DNA of 64,000 nt from an uncultured Actinomycetes bacterium. Lineage in GTDB: Bacteria > Actinomycetota > Thermoleophilia > Gaiellales > JAICJC01. Positions 41,065-51,158 of the stretch are shown here, piece after piece. Under the pieces are notes generated by a model. The model had not been told where the DNA came from. It made no database searches and worked only from the letters and a program-made list of their open reading frames with translations. The stretch is from contig CAVOFQ010000003.1 in the NCBI GenBank assembly GCA_963695025.1, positions 1,437,538-1,501,537 on the forward strand. Direction: 5' to 3'. The stretch's first letter is position 1. Each line of letters opens with the position of its first letter. The position numbers were made by a program, and so were the translations under genes.

Positions 41065-41382
41065 ATGATGTTCACGGTGCTCGACGTGGCCTCGCTCGAG
41101 GGGCGGCGAAAGCCCATCGCACGCGCGATCGGCGCAGCGGCCGTCAGGCTCAACCGGTACGACTCCGGGCCCGGCCAGGCCGGATTTGCACATGACGAGC
41201 GCGAGTCGGGCCAGGAGGAGCTGTACATCCCCATCGAGGGCAACGGCGTGCTGCGGGTCGGTGCCGACGCTGTGCCGCTTGCGCCCGGCCGGTTCGTGCT
41301 CGTCACCCCCGACGAGACGCGCCAGGTGATCGCGGGCGACGGCGGGCTGTCCTACATCGTCGTGGGAGCCGTGTGCACCTAG
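41065..41382 (+). CDS. Cupin-domain protein
   Basis: SD GAGGGAGG; HDERESGQEELYIPIEG, VLVTPDETRQV. Confidence 0.8.
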   Translation: MMFTVLDVASLEGRRKPIARAIGAAAVRLNRYDSGPGQAGFAHDERESGQEELYIPIEGNGVLRVGADAVPLAPGRFVLVTPDETRQVIAGDGGLSYIVVGAVCT

Positions 41383-41416
41383 AAATCCGCTGACGCCCGG
41401 CCTCTTCTCCACTTCA

Positions 41417-41698
41417 TGAGTGGAGATACGGGCGGGGGCGGCCATCGCCTCTGCGATCGCGCTGGTCACCACCCCGGCGGGCATATCGGGCGCCGTCCTG
41501 CTTCTACCGGCACCAGGGCACGATCGCCCCGGAGTGGACGACGCTCGGGCTCGCGATGGGCGCCGGCGGGCTGGCGGGGGGCTATCTCGGCGCCCGGCTG
41601 CAGCCGCGGATGCCGGAGGCTCTCATTCGCCGCTTGCTCGGGCTGATGGTGATCGCGGTCGCCGCCCGCTACCTGCTCGAGGGGCCGGGAGCCTCTAG
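41417..41698 (+). pseudogene. Internally deleted TauE/SafE (sulfite exporter) remnant
   Basis: N-terminal TTPAGISGAVLLLP joined almost directly to C-terminal GGLAGGYLGARLQPRMPEALIRRLLG; roughly 170 aa missing. Confidence 0.65.
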
Positions 41699-41889
41699 GC
41701 TCGCGGCCGCTTGAAGATCAGCAGGTGGCCGTCACGTGAGTCGCGCAGGTCGGCGTCGAGTGTCAGGGTCGCGAGCTCCCAGCCGTCACCACCGGCCTTC
41801 TTGAGGGCGTCCTCGAGGTCGCCCACACGCAGCTTGTCGCGGCCGACGATCGACGTCAGCACCTCGGTCTTGTAGTCCCAGGTCGGCAC
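41695..41889 (-). CDS. DUF4177-like small protein
   Basis: SD GGAGG; WDYKT...L..AGGDGWEL...LIFKRP. Confidence 0.75.
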   Translation of the reverse strand: MPTWDYKTEVLTSIVGRDKLRVGDLEDALKKAGGDGWELATLTLDADLRDSRDGHLLIFKRPRA

Positions 41890-41964
41890 GGTCACCTCCG
41901 GTCGTGGTCGGTGACGGAAGTTCTTCGGGCCGGGGCGATTCCCTCTCCCGCTACGATCGCCGCC

Positions 41965-42939
41965 ATGCCGTTTCCCCCAGGGTTTTGGCTGCGGCCGCCT
42001 CGACCGGCCGACGCGGAGCCGATCGTGGCCATGATGAACGCGGAGACCGAGGCGTTCATCGGCGTTCCCATTGCCAGCACCGAGTGGGTCGCGAACATGT
42101 GGACGGCGCCGAGCGCCGATCCCGAGGCCGACTTCGCCGTTGTCCACACCGAGGCTGGGGATCTCGCGGGCTACCTGCTGGTCCAGGGCCATCCCCCGTA
42201 CACCGAGGTGTTCGCGGTCGGCGTCGTGGCGCTGCCCTACCACGGGCTCGGACTCGGGGCCGCGATCGTCGCCGAGACCGAGCGCCGCGCCGGACGCCTG
42301 GTCGATCTGGCACCGCCGCAGCGGCGCGTCGTGGTGCACGCGGGCGCACTGGCGGACGAGCCACGCGCCTCCGCCCTGCTCACCGAGCACGGATACGTCG
42401 AGGTGCGGCGCCTGTCACAGATGCAGATCGACTTCGAGGGGGCGCCGGCGGAACCAGGCCCCGTACCCGGAATCGAGGTGCGCCGGCTTGTGGAGGGCGA
42501 GCAGAGCGCTGTCTATGCCTGCCTCGTCGAGGCCTTCGAAGACGACTGGAGCGAGGGCTTCCCCAGCGAAGAGGACTGGATTCATAGCCACGTGACTGCG
42601 ACCGGAAGCTTTCAGCCGGAGCTCTGGTGGCTGGCCTTCGATGGCCCGCGGCTTGCCGGTGCCCTCATCGGCCAGCCGCACGCCGACGAGAACGCCTCCC
42701 TCGGGTATGTCGGCCTGCTGGGTGTCCGGCGCGCCTTTCGCGGCCGCGGAATCGCCGAAGCGCTGCTGCGCACGAGCTTCGTCCAGTTTCACGGCCTGGG
42801 GCGCCGCGGCGTCTGCCTCCACGTCGACACCGAGTCGACCACCGGCGCGACGCGCCTCTACGAGCGGGTCGGGATGGCGATCCACCCCCGCTTCGCGACT
42901 TGGGAGAAGGAGCTGCGCGCCACCCTCCCGGCCGAGTGA
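41965..42939 (+). CDS. Tandem-GNAT acetyltransferase
   Basis: Two GNAT motifs (YHGLGLG; LGVRRAFRGRGIA, VDTESTTGATRLYERVG). Confidence 0.9.
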   Translation: MPFPPGFWLRPPRPADAEPIVAMMNAETEAFIGVPIASTEWVANMWTAPSADPEADFAVVHTEAGDLAGYLLVQGHPPYTEVFAVGVVALPYHGLGLGAAIVAETERRAGRLVDLAPPQRRVVVHAGALADEPRASALLTEHGYVEVRRLSQMQIDFEGAPAEPGPVPGIEVRRLVEGEQSAVYACLVEAFEDDWSEGFPSEEDWIHSHVTATGSFQPELWWLAFDGPRLAGALIGQPHADENASLGYVGLLGVRRAFRGRGIAEALLRTSFVQFHGLGRRGVCLHVDTESTTGATRLYERVGMAIHPRFATWEKELRATLPAE

Positions 42940-43120
42940 CCGAGCGCTACGCCCGCGTCGTCGGGCAGAAGCTCGCGGTGTTCAGCACAGAGCGAGACGC
43001 CGTCCAAGTCGGCCGCCCTCGTATCGCCGGATGCTGTGTCACGAACGTTACGCGGCGGTGACGGTCCGGTATCCGGGCGGGACCACGATGGGTTGCGCCA
43101 CGTCCAACCTGGAGGCCGTC

Positions 43121-43666
43121 ATGAAGCGATCACGTCAAACCGTCGTTGCCGCAGTGCTCCTCGTCGCTGCGGTGGGATGTGGGGGCACGAGGACCGTGAC
43201 GGTCACCGTGCCCGGCCCAACCCGGACGGTGTCCCTTGCAGCCCCGGCCAAAAGCGGGCTTGGGGCGCCTCGGCAGATGCTCGAGTTCGGGTACGTCAAG
43301 TCGCTGACCCGGACCGGGACGGACTACAAGATGCGGTTCGATCCCGCCTGGTTTCTCACGGGAATCACCGCAAACACCGCCGCTGCTGAGGACGGAGTCG
43401 TCGCACCCGGCCAGCCGGTTCCAAACGACAATTACGTCGTCGACGAAGGCCACCGCCTCCTGACATTCATCGTCCCCGCCACGACGCATGTCACCGTCCT
43501 CACAAACCCCGGTCAGATCACGTCGACGAGCGTCACGGTCGCCCAGCTTGCCGACATCGTGCACGGCCACGGCGACATCAACCTCTTCGAGCCGATCGAG
43601 ACCGGATTTTGGGTCACCGTCAGCGCCGACACCGTCCGCTCGCTCGATCAGCAGTACCGGGCATAG
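43121..43666 (+). CDS. Lipoprotein of unknown function
   Basis: SD GGAGG, MKRSR, lipobox AVGC; FDPAWFLTG, VPNDNYVVD. Confidence 0.75.
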   Translation: MKRSRQTVVAAVLLVAAVGCGGTRTVTVTVPGPTRTVSLAAPAKSGLGAPRQMLEFGYVKSLTRTGTDYKMRFDPAWFLTGITANTAAAEDGVVAPGQPVPNDNYVVDEGHRLLTFIVPATTHVTVLTNPGQITSTSVTVAQLADIVHGHGDINLFEPIETGFWVTVSADTVRSLDQQYRA

Positions 43667-43682
43667 GCGCGCAGCGGACGGG

Positions 43683-43898
43683 TCACCCGTCGCGGGGCGC
43701 GGATCCGGCGCCGCGCCACCGCGGCGGGTAGGGCCGTAACGCCTCCGGCCGGGGGTCGATCGCCCCCCACCGGCGCCGGAACTCACCCGGGTCGTCGAGC
43801 AAGAGCCGTCGGTGCTCCGCGCACAACGCGAACCCCTCCTCGTCGGGAGGCGTCTGCGGCGCCGAACAGCCCGGGAAATTGCATGCCGGAGCTTCCAC
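43683..43898 (-). CDS. Small Cys/His hypothetical protein
   Basis: CNFPGC...LCAEH motif. Confidence 0.35.
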   Translation of the reverse strand: MEAPACNFPGCSAPQTPPDEEGFALCAEHRRLLLDDPGEFRRRWGAIDPRPEALRPYPPRWRGAGSAPRDG

Positions 43899-43920
43899 AA
43901 GCGTGATTCAGCTTACAGTG

Positions 43921-44730
43921 TCAGCACGGCTGGTGGAGGTGACGGCCCGGGAACCGCGCGATCGCCTGGGCGAAGGTGTTGAAGTGCACGAGATACGCCT
44001 TGCTAAGCGACCGCCACTCGCTGTCATCCGCGCAGTAGATCGTGGTCGCCGACGGGTAGGACGACGCGTAGTAGCCGCCCGCGCCGCTCCCACCATCTCC
44101 GGAGCCGCCGGGGGTTGGCCCGGCCGTCGCCGTTGGTGTGCCTCCGACGTACAGCCGGTAGGCCCTCACCCAGTTCCTGGCTTCGATGTGCTGCGCATCC
44201 CGCAGGCTGAGCCTGCCCGTGCAGACCAGGCCGTGCAGGACATTTTCGAGCACATCCTTCGTGCGCGCACCCCAGCGTCCCGCAAAGGGCTCGGGCCAGA
44301 GGTTCGTGATCGCGTTGGAGCCACCCACCTCGAGCGACACGAGATGGTCCACCTCGTGCCTGTAGGCGATGTACGCGATGCCATACCGGGCGTACACAGC
44401 CAGCTTCTCTGAGTAGGGCACGTCTCTGACCCTGGCGGAGTACCCGGGCGTGCACACGCGGCGCGCACTGGTCGTCAAGACCGCTCCGGGTGTCAGGCGC
44501 GGGTTTGGCACGTCCACCGCAGGCACTCGCCGGGGCGGGACAGGGGTGCGGCGCCGCTTCGCCTTGCGGGGAGCACGGTGGTGGTGTGGCGCTGCCTTGG
44601 CGGCCCCCGTCGAATGGGGCGCCGCCGGCGTTGGCGAACGCGGATGGCCCGTCGATGCCGATTCGCCGCTGCAGCTCACCCCGAGAGCGCAAAGCAGCGC
44701 GATCACTCCCACGCGGCCGGATCGGCCCAT
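43921..44730 (-). CDS. Secreted/lipoprotein HNH-like nuclease-family protein
   Basis: Lipobox-like GVSC; PNPRLTPG, EVDHLVSLEVGGSNAITNLWPEP, KDVLENVLHGLVC. Confidence 0.75.
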   Translation of the reverse strand: MGRSGRVGVIALLCALGVSCSGESASTGHPRSPTPAAPHSTGAAKAAPHHHRAPRKAKRRRTPVPPRRVPAVDVPNPRLTPGAVLTTSARRVCTPGYSARVRDVPYSEKLAVYARYGIAYIAYRHEVDHLVSLEVGGSNAITNLWPEPFAGRWGARTKDVLENVLHGLVCTGRLSLRDAQHIEARNWVRAYRLYVGGTPTATAGPTPGGSGDGGSGAGGYYASSYPSATTIYCADDSEWRSLSKAYLVHFNTFAQAIARFPGRHLHQPC

Positions 44731-44753
44731 GCCGCGGACGATAGTCGCGGGCG

Positions 44754-44924
44754 CTACGAGCCCGTGAGCCCGTGCAGCTCGGCGCACCTGTCGCAATAGG
44801 CCGTGAACAGCGGTTTGCGGTGGCCGCAGTCGATACAGCGCCGGCGCATCCACCCGTGGCCAAGACGCGGCGTCCGCCGGTCCGCTCGCCGCCCCGTCCC
44901 GCTCTGTCCGGTGCCGGTGCTCAT
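44754..44924 (-). CDS. Small zinc-ribbon protein
   Basis: CIDC...CDRC in 56 aa. Confidence 0.35.
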   Translation of the reverse strand: MSTGTGQSGTGRRADRRTPRLGHGWMRRRCIDCGHRKPLFTAYCDRCAELHGLTGS

Positions 44925-45203
44925 GATTCCATCGTGCACGTGATTCGGACGGTCCGCTAGCCGTCGCTCATCGGTCGTCAATGCGGCGCCTCGACGGGCG
45001 GCGGCAACCCCCGCCTTGCCGCGCGGTAGGCGAGATCGATGGAGTCGGCGGCGCCCGTTCCAGCTGAACGCGATGGCTCGGCGGCGACGGCATGAGTCGC
45101 GGCTGGGTGCAGCTCGTGTCACCCCGCCACTCGGCGACGGCGTACGGCAGGCCCGTATCGCGGCACCCCGCCCGACCGGACGGCGCCCGCGAGGGCCGCG
45201 GGT

Positions 45204-45746
45204 TCAGCGCGGCAGGAGCAGGAACGTGAGCCGGGTCCGGTGTGGACCGGGATGGACGAACACCTCGCCATGGGCACCGAGGTACTTCCCGGTGCCCCCG
45301 ACGATCCCAAGTGCCGGAGTGGCCGCGTTGAACCGGGTGACGCCGATGCCCGAGATCTGACCACCGGCGAGCATCGCGGTGAAGGTGAGCTGGATCCGTC
45401 CTCCCGTATCGGGCCCGAGGCCCGTCACAATCTCGTGCACCTCGAGGTTTCCGGCGGCCGCCCCGGTCCGGCTGACCAGCTGACCCTCGACCGCGAGTTC
45501 GTCACCCTGGCTTGTGCCGGTTGGCAGGTTGTCGACGTAGGTCGAGGTCGCGCTTTGCAGCCGCACCACGAGCGTCTTTGCGCGTGCGACGCGGGGCACC
45601 ACCAACGGCGCGGCATGGGCTTGATACCCCCACGCCTTGAAGTGCAGCCGGTCGGATGACCCGTTTGCCGCCGACGTCACCCCGATCACGCCGGCGCTGA
45701 TCACCCCGACGAATCCCACCACGAGCCAGCCGCGTCGTCTGTGCAT
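45204..45746 (-). CDS. Secreted dirigent / allene-oxide-cyclase-like beta-barrel protein
   Basis: SD GAGGGG; signal peptide; GTSQGD, LAGGQI, GIVGGTGKYLGAHG. Confidence 0.7.
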   Translation of the reverse strand: MHRRRGWLVVGFVGVISAGVIGVTSAANGSSDRLHFKAWGYQAHAAPLVVPRVARAKTLVVRLQSATSTYVDNLPTGTSQGDELAVEGQLVSRTGAAAGNLEVHEIVTGLGPDTGGRIQLTFTAMLAGGQISGIGVTRFNAATPALGIVGGTGKYLGAHGEVFVHPGPHRTRLTFLLLPR

Positions 45747-45950
45747 GGTTCCCCCTCGAAAATTCGCGCGTTCATGGCGTACGCGGAAGCGCGAGTGCCT
45801 GACCGACGCGCGGCCCATAGCCGCAGCGCCCCTCGCGAGGGTCGGGCGCGTCCGCCCCATTCCCGCAGGGCAGCTTTCGCTCTCGTCCGCCCGCCTCCTG
45901 CATCCGGCACAGCGTTCGATCGAAGATCTGCCGGCTGACGAGCTCCGCGG

Positions 45951-46244
45951 CTACGACCAGTGGGACTCGTCCACCATTCGATGCTTGGCCTCGGACACGT
46001 CGAGGCGTTCCGTTGATTCCGCCTCGACCTTCCACCGGTCGATGTGCTGCGACAGGTTGGTCGCAGCCTCCTTGTCCTCCTGGGCCTGCAGGTCGTCGGC
46101 CACCAGCGGCAACAGCCTCACGAGGCTGCGCGCCAATGCGTGGCGCTCGTCGTCATGCAGCGGCCCGTTCGTCAACCGTTCGAGCACTTCCTTCGACGCT
46201 TCGTCAAGACGACGAATCATCTCACCACGAGACATTTCAGACAT
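45951..46244 (-). CDS. Hypothetical helical protein, copy 2 of a tandem pair
   Basis: SD CAGGAG; MSEMSRGEMIRRLDEASKEV...ERHALARSLVRLLPL. Confidence 0.55.
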   Translation of the reverse strand: MSEMSRGEMIRRLDEASKEVLERLTNGPLHDDERHALARSLVRLLPLVADDLQAQEDKEAATNLSQHIDRWKVEAESTERLDVSEAKHRMVDESHWS

Positions 46245-46536
46245 CGACGTCTTCTCCTGTATCCGCTGACGGCGCCACTTCGCCTCGGACTCGACTCGAG
46301 GTGGTTCGAGGATTTGGCGTCCCACCATTCGGCGTGGTCTGCGACCAGTCGTGGATCCAGCTCCTTGTGGCCCTGGCGGTCGCCGACAGCGAGTAGTGGC
46401 AACAGTCTGATGAGGATCTGCGCCAGCGCATGTCGCTCCTTCCAAGGAATGCCGTGCCATTCGTCAATCCGTCGTGGACTTCCTTGGATGCTGCTTCGAG
46501 ACGACGGATTGCATCGTCGCGGCTCATCTCAGGCAT
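46245..46536 (-). CDS. Hypothetical helical protein, copy 1 of a tandem pair (frameshifted)
   Basis: MPEMSRDDAIRRLEAASKEV...ERHALAQILIRLLPL, clearly paralogous to the adjacent ORF. Confidence 0.5.
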
Positions 46537-46748
46537 CTGCCCATTCCTGTGTTCGCCTACGGATACCGACCAGGAGACTGGGGCCAGCGATGATCACGCC
46601 GAGAGTTGGAACGCGTCATGATCGTACCACCCACGCGGCAGCACACCGATCCGTCGCAGGCGGAGCAGCCCGATACGGGAGACCGTCTTCGCCACCGTCA
46701 GGAACGGAGGATGGCGCCCACTCCGCCGATTTGCAGTCATCTCCGCGA

Positions 46749-46822
46749 TCGGGGCGAGAGGATTTGAACCTCCGACCGCCCGGCCCCCAGCCGGGTGCGC
46801 TACCAGACTGCGCCACGCCCCG
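46749..46822 (-). tRNA. tRNA-Pro(GGG)
   Basis: CGGGGCGTGGCGCAGTCTGGTAGCGCA-CCCGG CT GGG GG CCGGG-...GGTTCAAATCC...CGCCCCGA cloverleaf; CCA not encoded. Confidence 0.97.
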
Positions 46823-46938
46823 CGGGGTCCGAGTATATCGGGGAACCGCTCGCGCCCCCGGGGTGTCATAGAGGGGTGCAGGACGCTCTCACAGTCGAGC
46901 TCCCTCGCCTCGGGGCCCCCTGGGCGTACCATGGTCGG

Positions 46939-47463
46939 GTGCAGATCGTCGCGGACGAGGTGCTGGCCAAGCGGGCGGCGGACGGCGACGAGTCGGCCTT
47001 CGAGGAGCTGGTCGTCCGCTACCAGGACCGCCTGTACACGCTCGCGGTGCGGATCACCCTCTCCGACGCCGATGCCTACGACTGCGTGCAGGAGGGACTC
47101 GTGGCCGCCTGGCGCGGCCTCGGCAGCTTCCGCTTCGACGCGCGCTTCTCGACCTGGATCCACCGGATCGTGGTCCGCAAGGCCTACGACGTGCTCGAGC
47201 GGCGCGCGCGCACGGCCGAGCCAGTCGACGAGGTGCCGGCGGTCAGCGTCGATTCGCCGGCCGACGACCGCCTCGACCTGCTGAGCGCGCTGGCCCAGCT
47301 CGAGCCCGAATTCCGCGTCGTGGCGGTGGCCTGCGACGTCGTCGGCCTGTCGATGGACGAGGCCGCCGCGGTGCTCGATCTCCCGGCCGGAACCGTCAAG
47401 TCGCGCCTGCACCGGGCCCGCGCCCGTCTCGCCGAGGCTCTGCAGGCGGAGGCTGCGCCGTGA
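46939..47463 (+). CDS. ECF sigma factor (SigM-like)
   Basis: GDESAFEELV, DCVQE, ARFSTWIHRI, LPAGTVKSRLHRAR. Confidence 0.93.
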   Translation: MQIVADEVLAKRAADGDESAFEELVVRYQDRLYTLAVRITLSDADAYDCVQEGLVAAWRGLGSFRFDARFSTWIHRIVVRKAYDVLERRARTAEPVDEVPAVSVDSPADDRLDLLSALAQLEPEFRVVAVACDVVGLSMDEAAAVLDLPAGTVKSRLHRARARLAEALQAEAAP

Positions 47464-47969
47464 CCGGCGACCGCCACGACGAAATCGCTCGGCGGCTGCG
47501 TGAGGAGGGCGCCGCCCGCGCTCCCGACCGCCTGCGGGCGGATGTGATGCTGCAGGTGCGGGCCGAGCCACGGCCGCGCCGCATCCGGCCGCGGCGCTCG
47601 TACTGGAGGCCGCTCGGGAGCCTGGCGGCGGCCGCCTGCCTCGTGGCCGCGGCCGCATTCGGGGTGACGCGCATCGACTCCGGGGGCGCGGTATCGGGCG
47701 CCGGCGGGACCAGTGCGGCGGCAGAGCACCTCGCCCCCACGTTCCACACGCCGTCCCCGGCCCAGTCGGCCTCCGCCGGAGGTGCGGCCGTTGTGCCGGG
47801 GGAAAAGACCGCGACCCCCTCCGCGAGTGGCCACTTCGCCAGCGACCTGCGGTCCGTCCCGGCACCTCTGCGCAACGCCTACGCCCACCGCTTCGCGCTC
47901 GCGGCGCCCCTCCGCAGGGCATTTGCACCGCTCGAGCCTTCCCAGGGGCGCGGCACGCACACCCGTTAG
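47460..47969 (+). CDS. Probable membrane anti-sigma factor
   Basis: Overlaps the ECF stop; APDRLRADVM, then a single TM helix (LAAAACLV). Confidence 0.65.
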   Translation: MTGDRHDEIARRLREEGAARAPDRLRADVMLQVRAEPRPRRIRPRRSYWRPLGSLAAAACLVAAAAFGVTRIDSGGAVSGAGGTSAAAEHLAPTFHTPSPAQSASAGGAAVVPGEKTATPSASGHFASDLRSVPAPLRNAYAHRFALAAPLRRAFAPLEPSQGRGTHTR

Positions 47970-49666
47970 GCGGCGTCGATCGCGGCGCGCACGGCCGCAG
48001 GCACGTCGGCGACCGGGACCGCCTGCTGCTCGCGGCCCCGCCGCACCTGCACGTCGGCCGTGCCGTCGGTTGCGGTGCGCTTGCCGACCGTCACCCGTGC
48101 CGGCATCCCGATCAGCTCGGCATCGGCGAACCGCGAGCCGGGACTGGCCGCACGGTCGTCGAAGAGCACGCTCAGCCCGTCGTCCTCGAGTTGCCGCTGG
48201 ATGTCGCGGGCAAGCGCGAACTGGGGATCGCCGGAGCCGCCGATCACGACCATGTGGACATGGAACGGGGCCAGGGAGGCCGGCCACATGATCCCCGCCT
48301 CGTCGTGGTGCTGCTCGACCGCGACCGCCGCAATCCTGGCCGGGCCGATGCCGTACGACCCCATCACGATCGGGTGCTCCTGCCCGGCCTCGTCCAGGTA
48401 GTTGGCGTTCAGCGGCACGGTGTAGCGCGTGCCGAGCTTGAAGATGTGCCCCACCTCGATGGCCGGCTCGATGTGCAGGACGCCGGTGCCGCAGACCGCG
48501 CAGGTATCGCCTTCGGCGACTTCGCGCAGGTCGTGGAACTCGGCATGATGGTCGCGCCCGGCCTCCACCCCGCGCAGGTGCCAGCCGGTGCGGTTGGCCC
48601 CGGTCACGTACTGGCCCTCGCGCAGCGACTCGTCGGCGATCACCGTCACGTCGACGCCGACCGGCCCGATCGAGCCCGGATCGGCGCCGAACGCCGCCCG
48701 GATCTCGTCCACCTCGGCGGGCCGGAACGCCATCCCGAGCGCCTTCTCGGTCTTGAGAGCGTGCAGGCGCTGGTCGCCGCGCACGAGTGCGAGCACCATC
48801 TTGCCGCCGGCGACGATGGGCATCGCCTTGGCCGTCGCCGCCGGGTCGATCCCGAGCAGCTCGGTCAGCCCCTCGATGGTCGTCGCGCCGGGCGTCGCAA
48901 CCTCCTGCGGAGCGTCCAGGTGCGGGGGAAACTCGGCCGGCCGCGGCGTGGAGCGAGCCACCTCGACGTTGGCCGCGTAGTCGCAGTTCGAGCACCGCAC
49001 CAGGTCGGCCTCGCCGTTCGGGCTCGGCGCGACGAACTCCTCGCCGCCGTGACCGCCCATCATGCCGACGTCGGCCTCGATCGCGAACGTCTCGAGCCCG
49101 CAGCGCTCGAAGATCCGCACGTAGACGTCGCGGTGGCGGGCGTAGGAGTCCTCGAGCCCGGCGAGGTCGCGGTCGAAGCTGTAGGAGTCCTTCATGATGA
49201 ATTCGCGCGTGCGCAGGATGCCCCCGCGCGGCCGCGGCTCGTCGCGCTCCTTGGTCTGCTGGTGGTACCAGATCTGGGGCAGCTCCCGGTAGGAGCGGAT
49301 CTCGCGGGCGGCGTGCCAGGTGATGCACTCCTCGTGGGTCATCGCCAGGACGTACGGCTTGCCGGAGGAGTCCTTCAGGTGGAACAGGTTGTCGACCCCC
49401 AGGCGGCCGGTCGCCTGCCACAGCTCGGCCGGCTGGAGCACCGGCATCAGCATCTCGACGCCGATCGTGTCCATCTCCTCGCGGATGATCCCCATCGCGT
49501 GCTGTATCACCCGCCAGCCCAGCGGCAGGTAGGTGTACAGGCCGGCGCCGAGCTGGCGCACGAAGCCGCCGCGGACGAGCAGCTTGTGGCTGATGGCCTC
49601 CGCGTCGGCCGGGTCGTCCTTGAGTGTCGGGATCCGGAAGCGGGAAGCGTCGACGCTGCCGCTCAC
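47966..49666 (-). CDS. proS: Proline--tRNA ligase (bacterial type with editing insert)
   Basis: SHKLLVRGG, THEE, RDEPRPRGG, REFIMKDSYSF, EVGHIFKLG, MGSYGIG. Confidence 0.97.
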   Translation of the reverse strand: MSGSVDASRFRIPTLKDDPADAEAISHKLLVRGGFVRQLGAGLYTYLPLGWRVIQHAMGIIREEMDTIGVEMLMPVLQPAELWQATGRLGVDNLFHLKDSSGKPYVLAMTHEECITWHAAREIRSYRELPQIWYHQQTKERDEPRPRGGILRTREFIMKDSYSFDRDLAGLEDSYARHRDVYVRIFERCGLETFAIEADVGMMGGHGGEEFVAPSPNGEADLVRCSNCDYAANVEVARSTPRPAEFPPHLDAPQEVATPGATTIEGLTELLGIDPAATAKAMPIVAGGKMVLALVRGDQRLHALKTEKALGMAFRPAEVDEIRAAFGADPGSIGPVGVDVTVIADESLREGQYVTGANRTGWHLRGVEAGRDHHAEFHDLREVAEGDTCAVCGTGVLHIEPAIEVGHIFKLGTRYTVPLNANYLDEAGQEHPIVMGSYGIGPARIAAVAVEQHHDEAGIMWPASLAPFHVHMVVIGGSGDPQFALARDIQRQLEDDGLSVLFDDRAASPGSRFADAELIGMPARVTVGKRTATDGTADVQVRRGREQQAVPVADVPAAVRAAIDAA

Positions 49667-51084
49667 CGGGCGGCAGCCTTTGCGCGCGCACGCGGCGGGC
49701 GGCACGTGGAGCGGGCGGCCGAGCGCCACCAGCGCCGCCTCCTTCACCGCCTCCGCGAGCGTCGGGTGCGCGGCGATCGAGTCGCCGATCGTGTCGATTG
49801 TGGACTCGGCCGAGATGCCGATGACGCCGGCGTTGACCAGCTCGGTCGCCTGCGTCCCGACGATCACGAGCCCCAGCAGCTCGCCGTAGCGGTTCTCGTG
49901 GATCGTCTTGGCGAAGCCCGACTTCTCGCCGTACATCTGCGCCCGCGCGGCGCCGCGAACGGGAACCGGCCGGTGACGACGGCATCGCCGTGCTGCTCGC
50001 GCGCCTGGGCCTCGGTCAGGCCGACGGCGGCCACCTCGGGATCGGTGTACACGCATCGCGGGACGGCGGAGTAGTCCATCTCGGCGTCGTGGCCACAGGC
50101 GTTCTCGGCCGCGACCTCGCCCTCGCGGAACGACGTGTGCGCGAGCTGGTAGATCCCCGCCACGTCGCCCACCGCGTAGATGTGCGCAACGTTCGTGCGC
50201 ATGCGCCGGTCGACGATCACGCCGCGGCGCGAGTCGGAGTCGACGCCCGCGCGGTCAAGCCCGATGTCGTTGGTGTTCGGGCCGCGGCCGGTCGCCACCA
50301 GCACCAGATCGGCATCCACGGAGCCCGGTTTGCCGTCGGCGCCCTCGAAGCTCAGGGTGACGCCGTCGCCCGACGGGGCCACCTCGGTCGCACGCGCGCC
50401 CAGGTTGGTCGCGATGCCGCGCCGCTTGAACGCCCGCTCGAGCTCCTTCGAGGCGTCGGCGTCCTCCATCGGGATCAGGTGCTCGAGCATCTCCACGATC
50501 GTCACCTCGGTGCCGAAGTGGCGGAAGATCGAGGCGAACTCGACGCCGATCACGCCACCGCCGAGGATCGCCAGGCGCCGGGGGACCTCGGTGATCTCGA
50601 GCAGCGCGGTCGAGTCGACGCAGGCCGGGCCGTCGATGCCGGTCACAGGTGGCCGCAGCGAGTGCGACCCGGTCGCGATCACCGCCGAGCCGAAGGTGAC
50701 GTCCTCGCCTCCGTCGACCGCGATCGTGTTCGGGCCGGTGAACGCGCCGCGCCCGTTCACGATGGTGATGCCGTTGGTCTTGACGACACCCGTGATGCCG
50801 TTCACGAGCCCGTCGACGATGCCGGTCTTGTTCTTCTGCGCCTGGCCGAAGTCGAGCTCGGGATCGCTCACGCGCACGCCGATCTGGGCGAACGTCTCAC
50901 GCGCCTCCTTCAGCGCGTGCGCCGTCTGCACCCACGTCTTGGTGGGGATGCAGCCGACCGTGATGCAGGTGCCACCCACGCGGCCCTGCTCGATCAGGAC
51001 AACGCTTGCACCCAGCTGCGCGGCCCGGATCGCGGCCGGATATCCGCCCGGTCCACCCCCCAGGACGGCGACGTCACACTCCAT
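49663..51084 (-). CDS. lpdA: Dihydrolipoyl dehydrogenase (indels near 49955 and 49695)
   Basis: GGGPGGY, GGTCITVGCIPTK, GGGVIG, AHPTLAE. Confidence 0.94.
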
Positions 51085-51158
51085 CGGAACCCACTCCCTC
51101 GTGCTCGCTCGTTACGTCGGCGGCATCCTAGTGGATCGTCAGGCGCAGCCTCCCGCGG

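Noticed and set aside
47966-50056. Apparent LpdA C-terminus fused to ProS
   Set aside because: Indels in lpdA; a GTGA overlap at 49663-49666 gives normal translational coupling
8389-50074. Very long antisense and alternate-frame ORFs (e.g. 8389-11466, 17475-21221, 31276-33873)
   Set aside because: Shadow ORFs expected at very high GC; they mirror real genes and have no domain motifs
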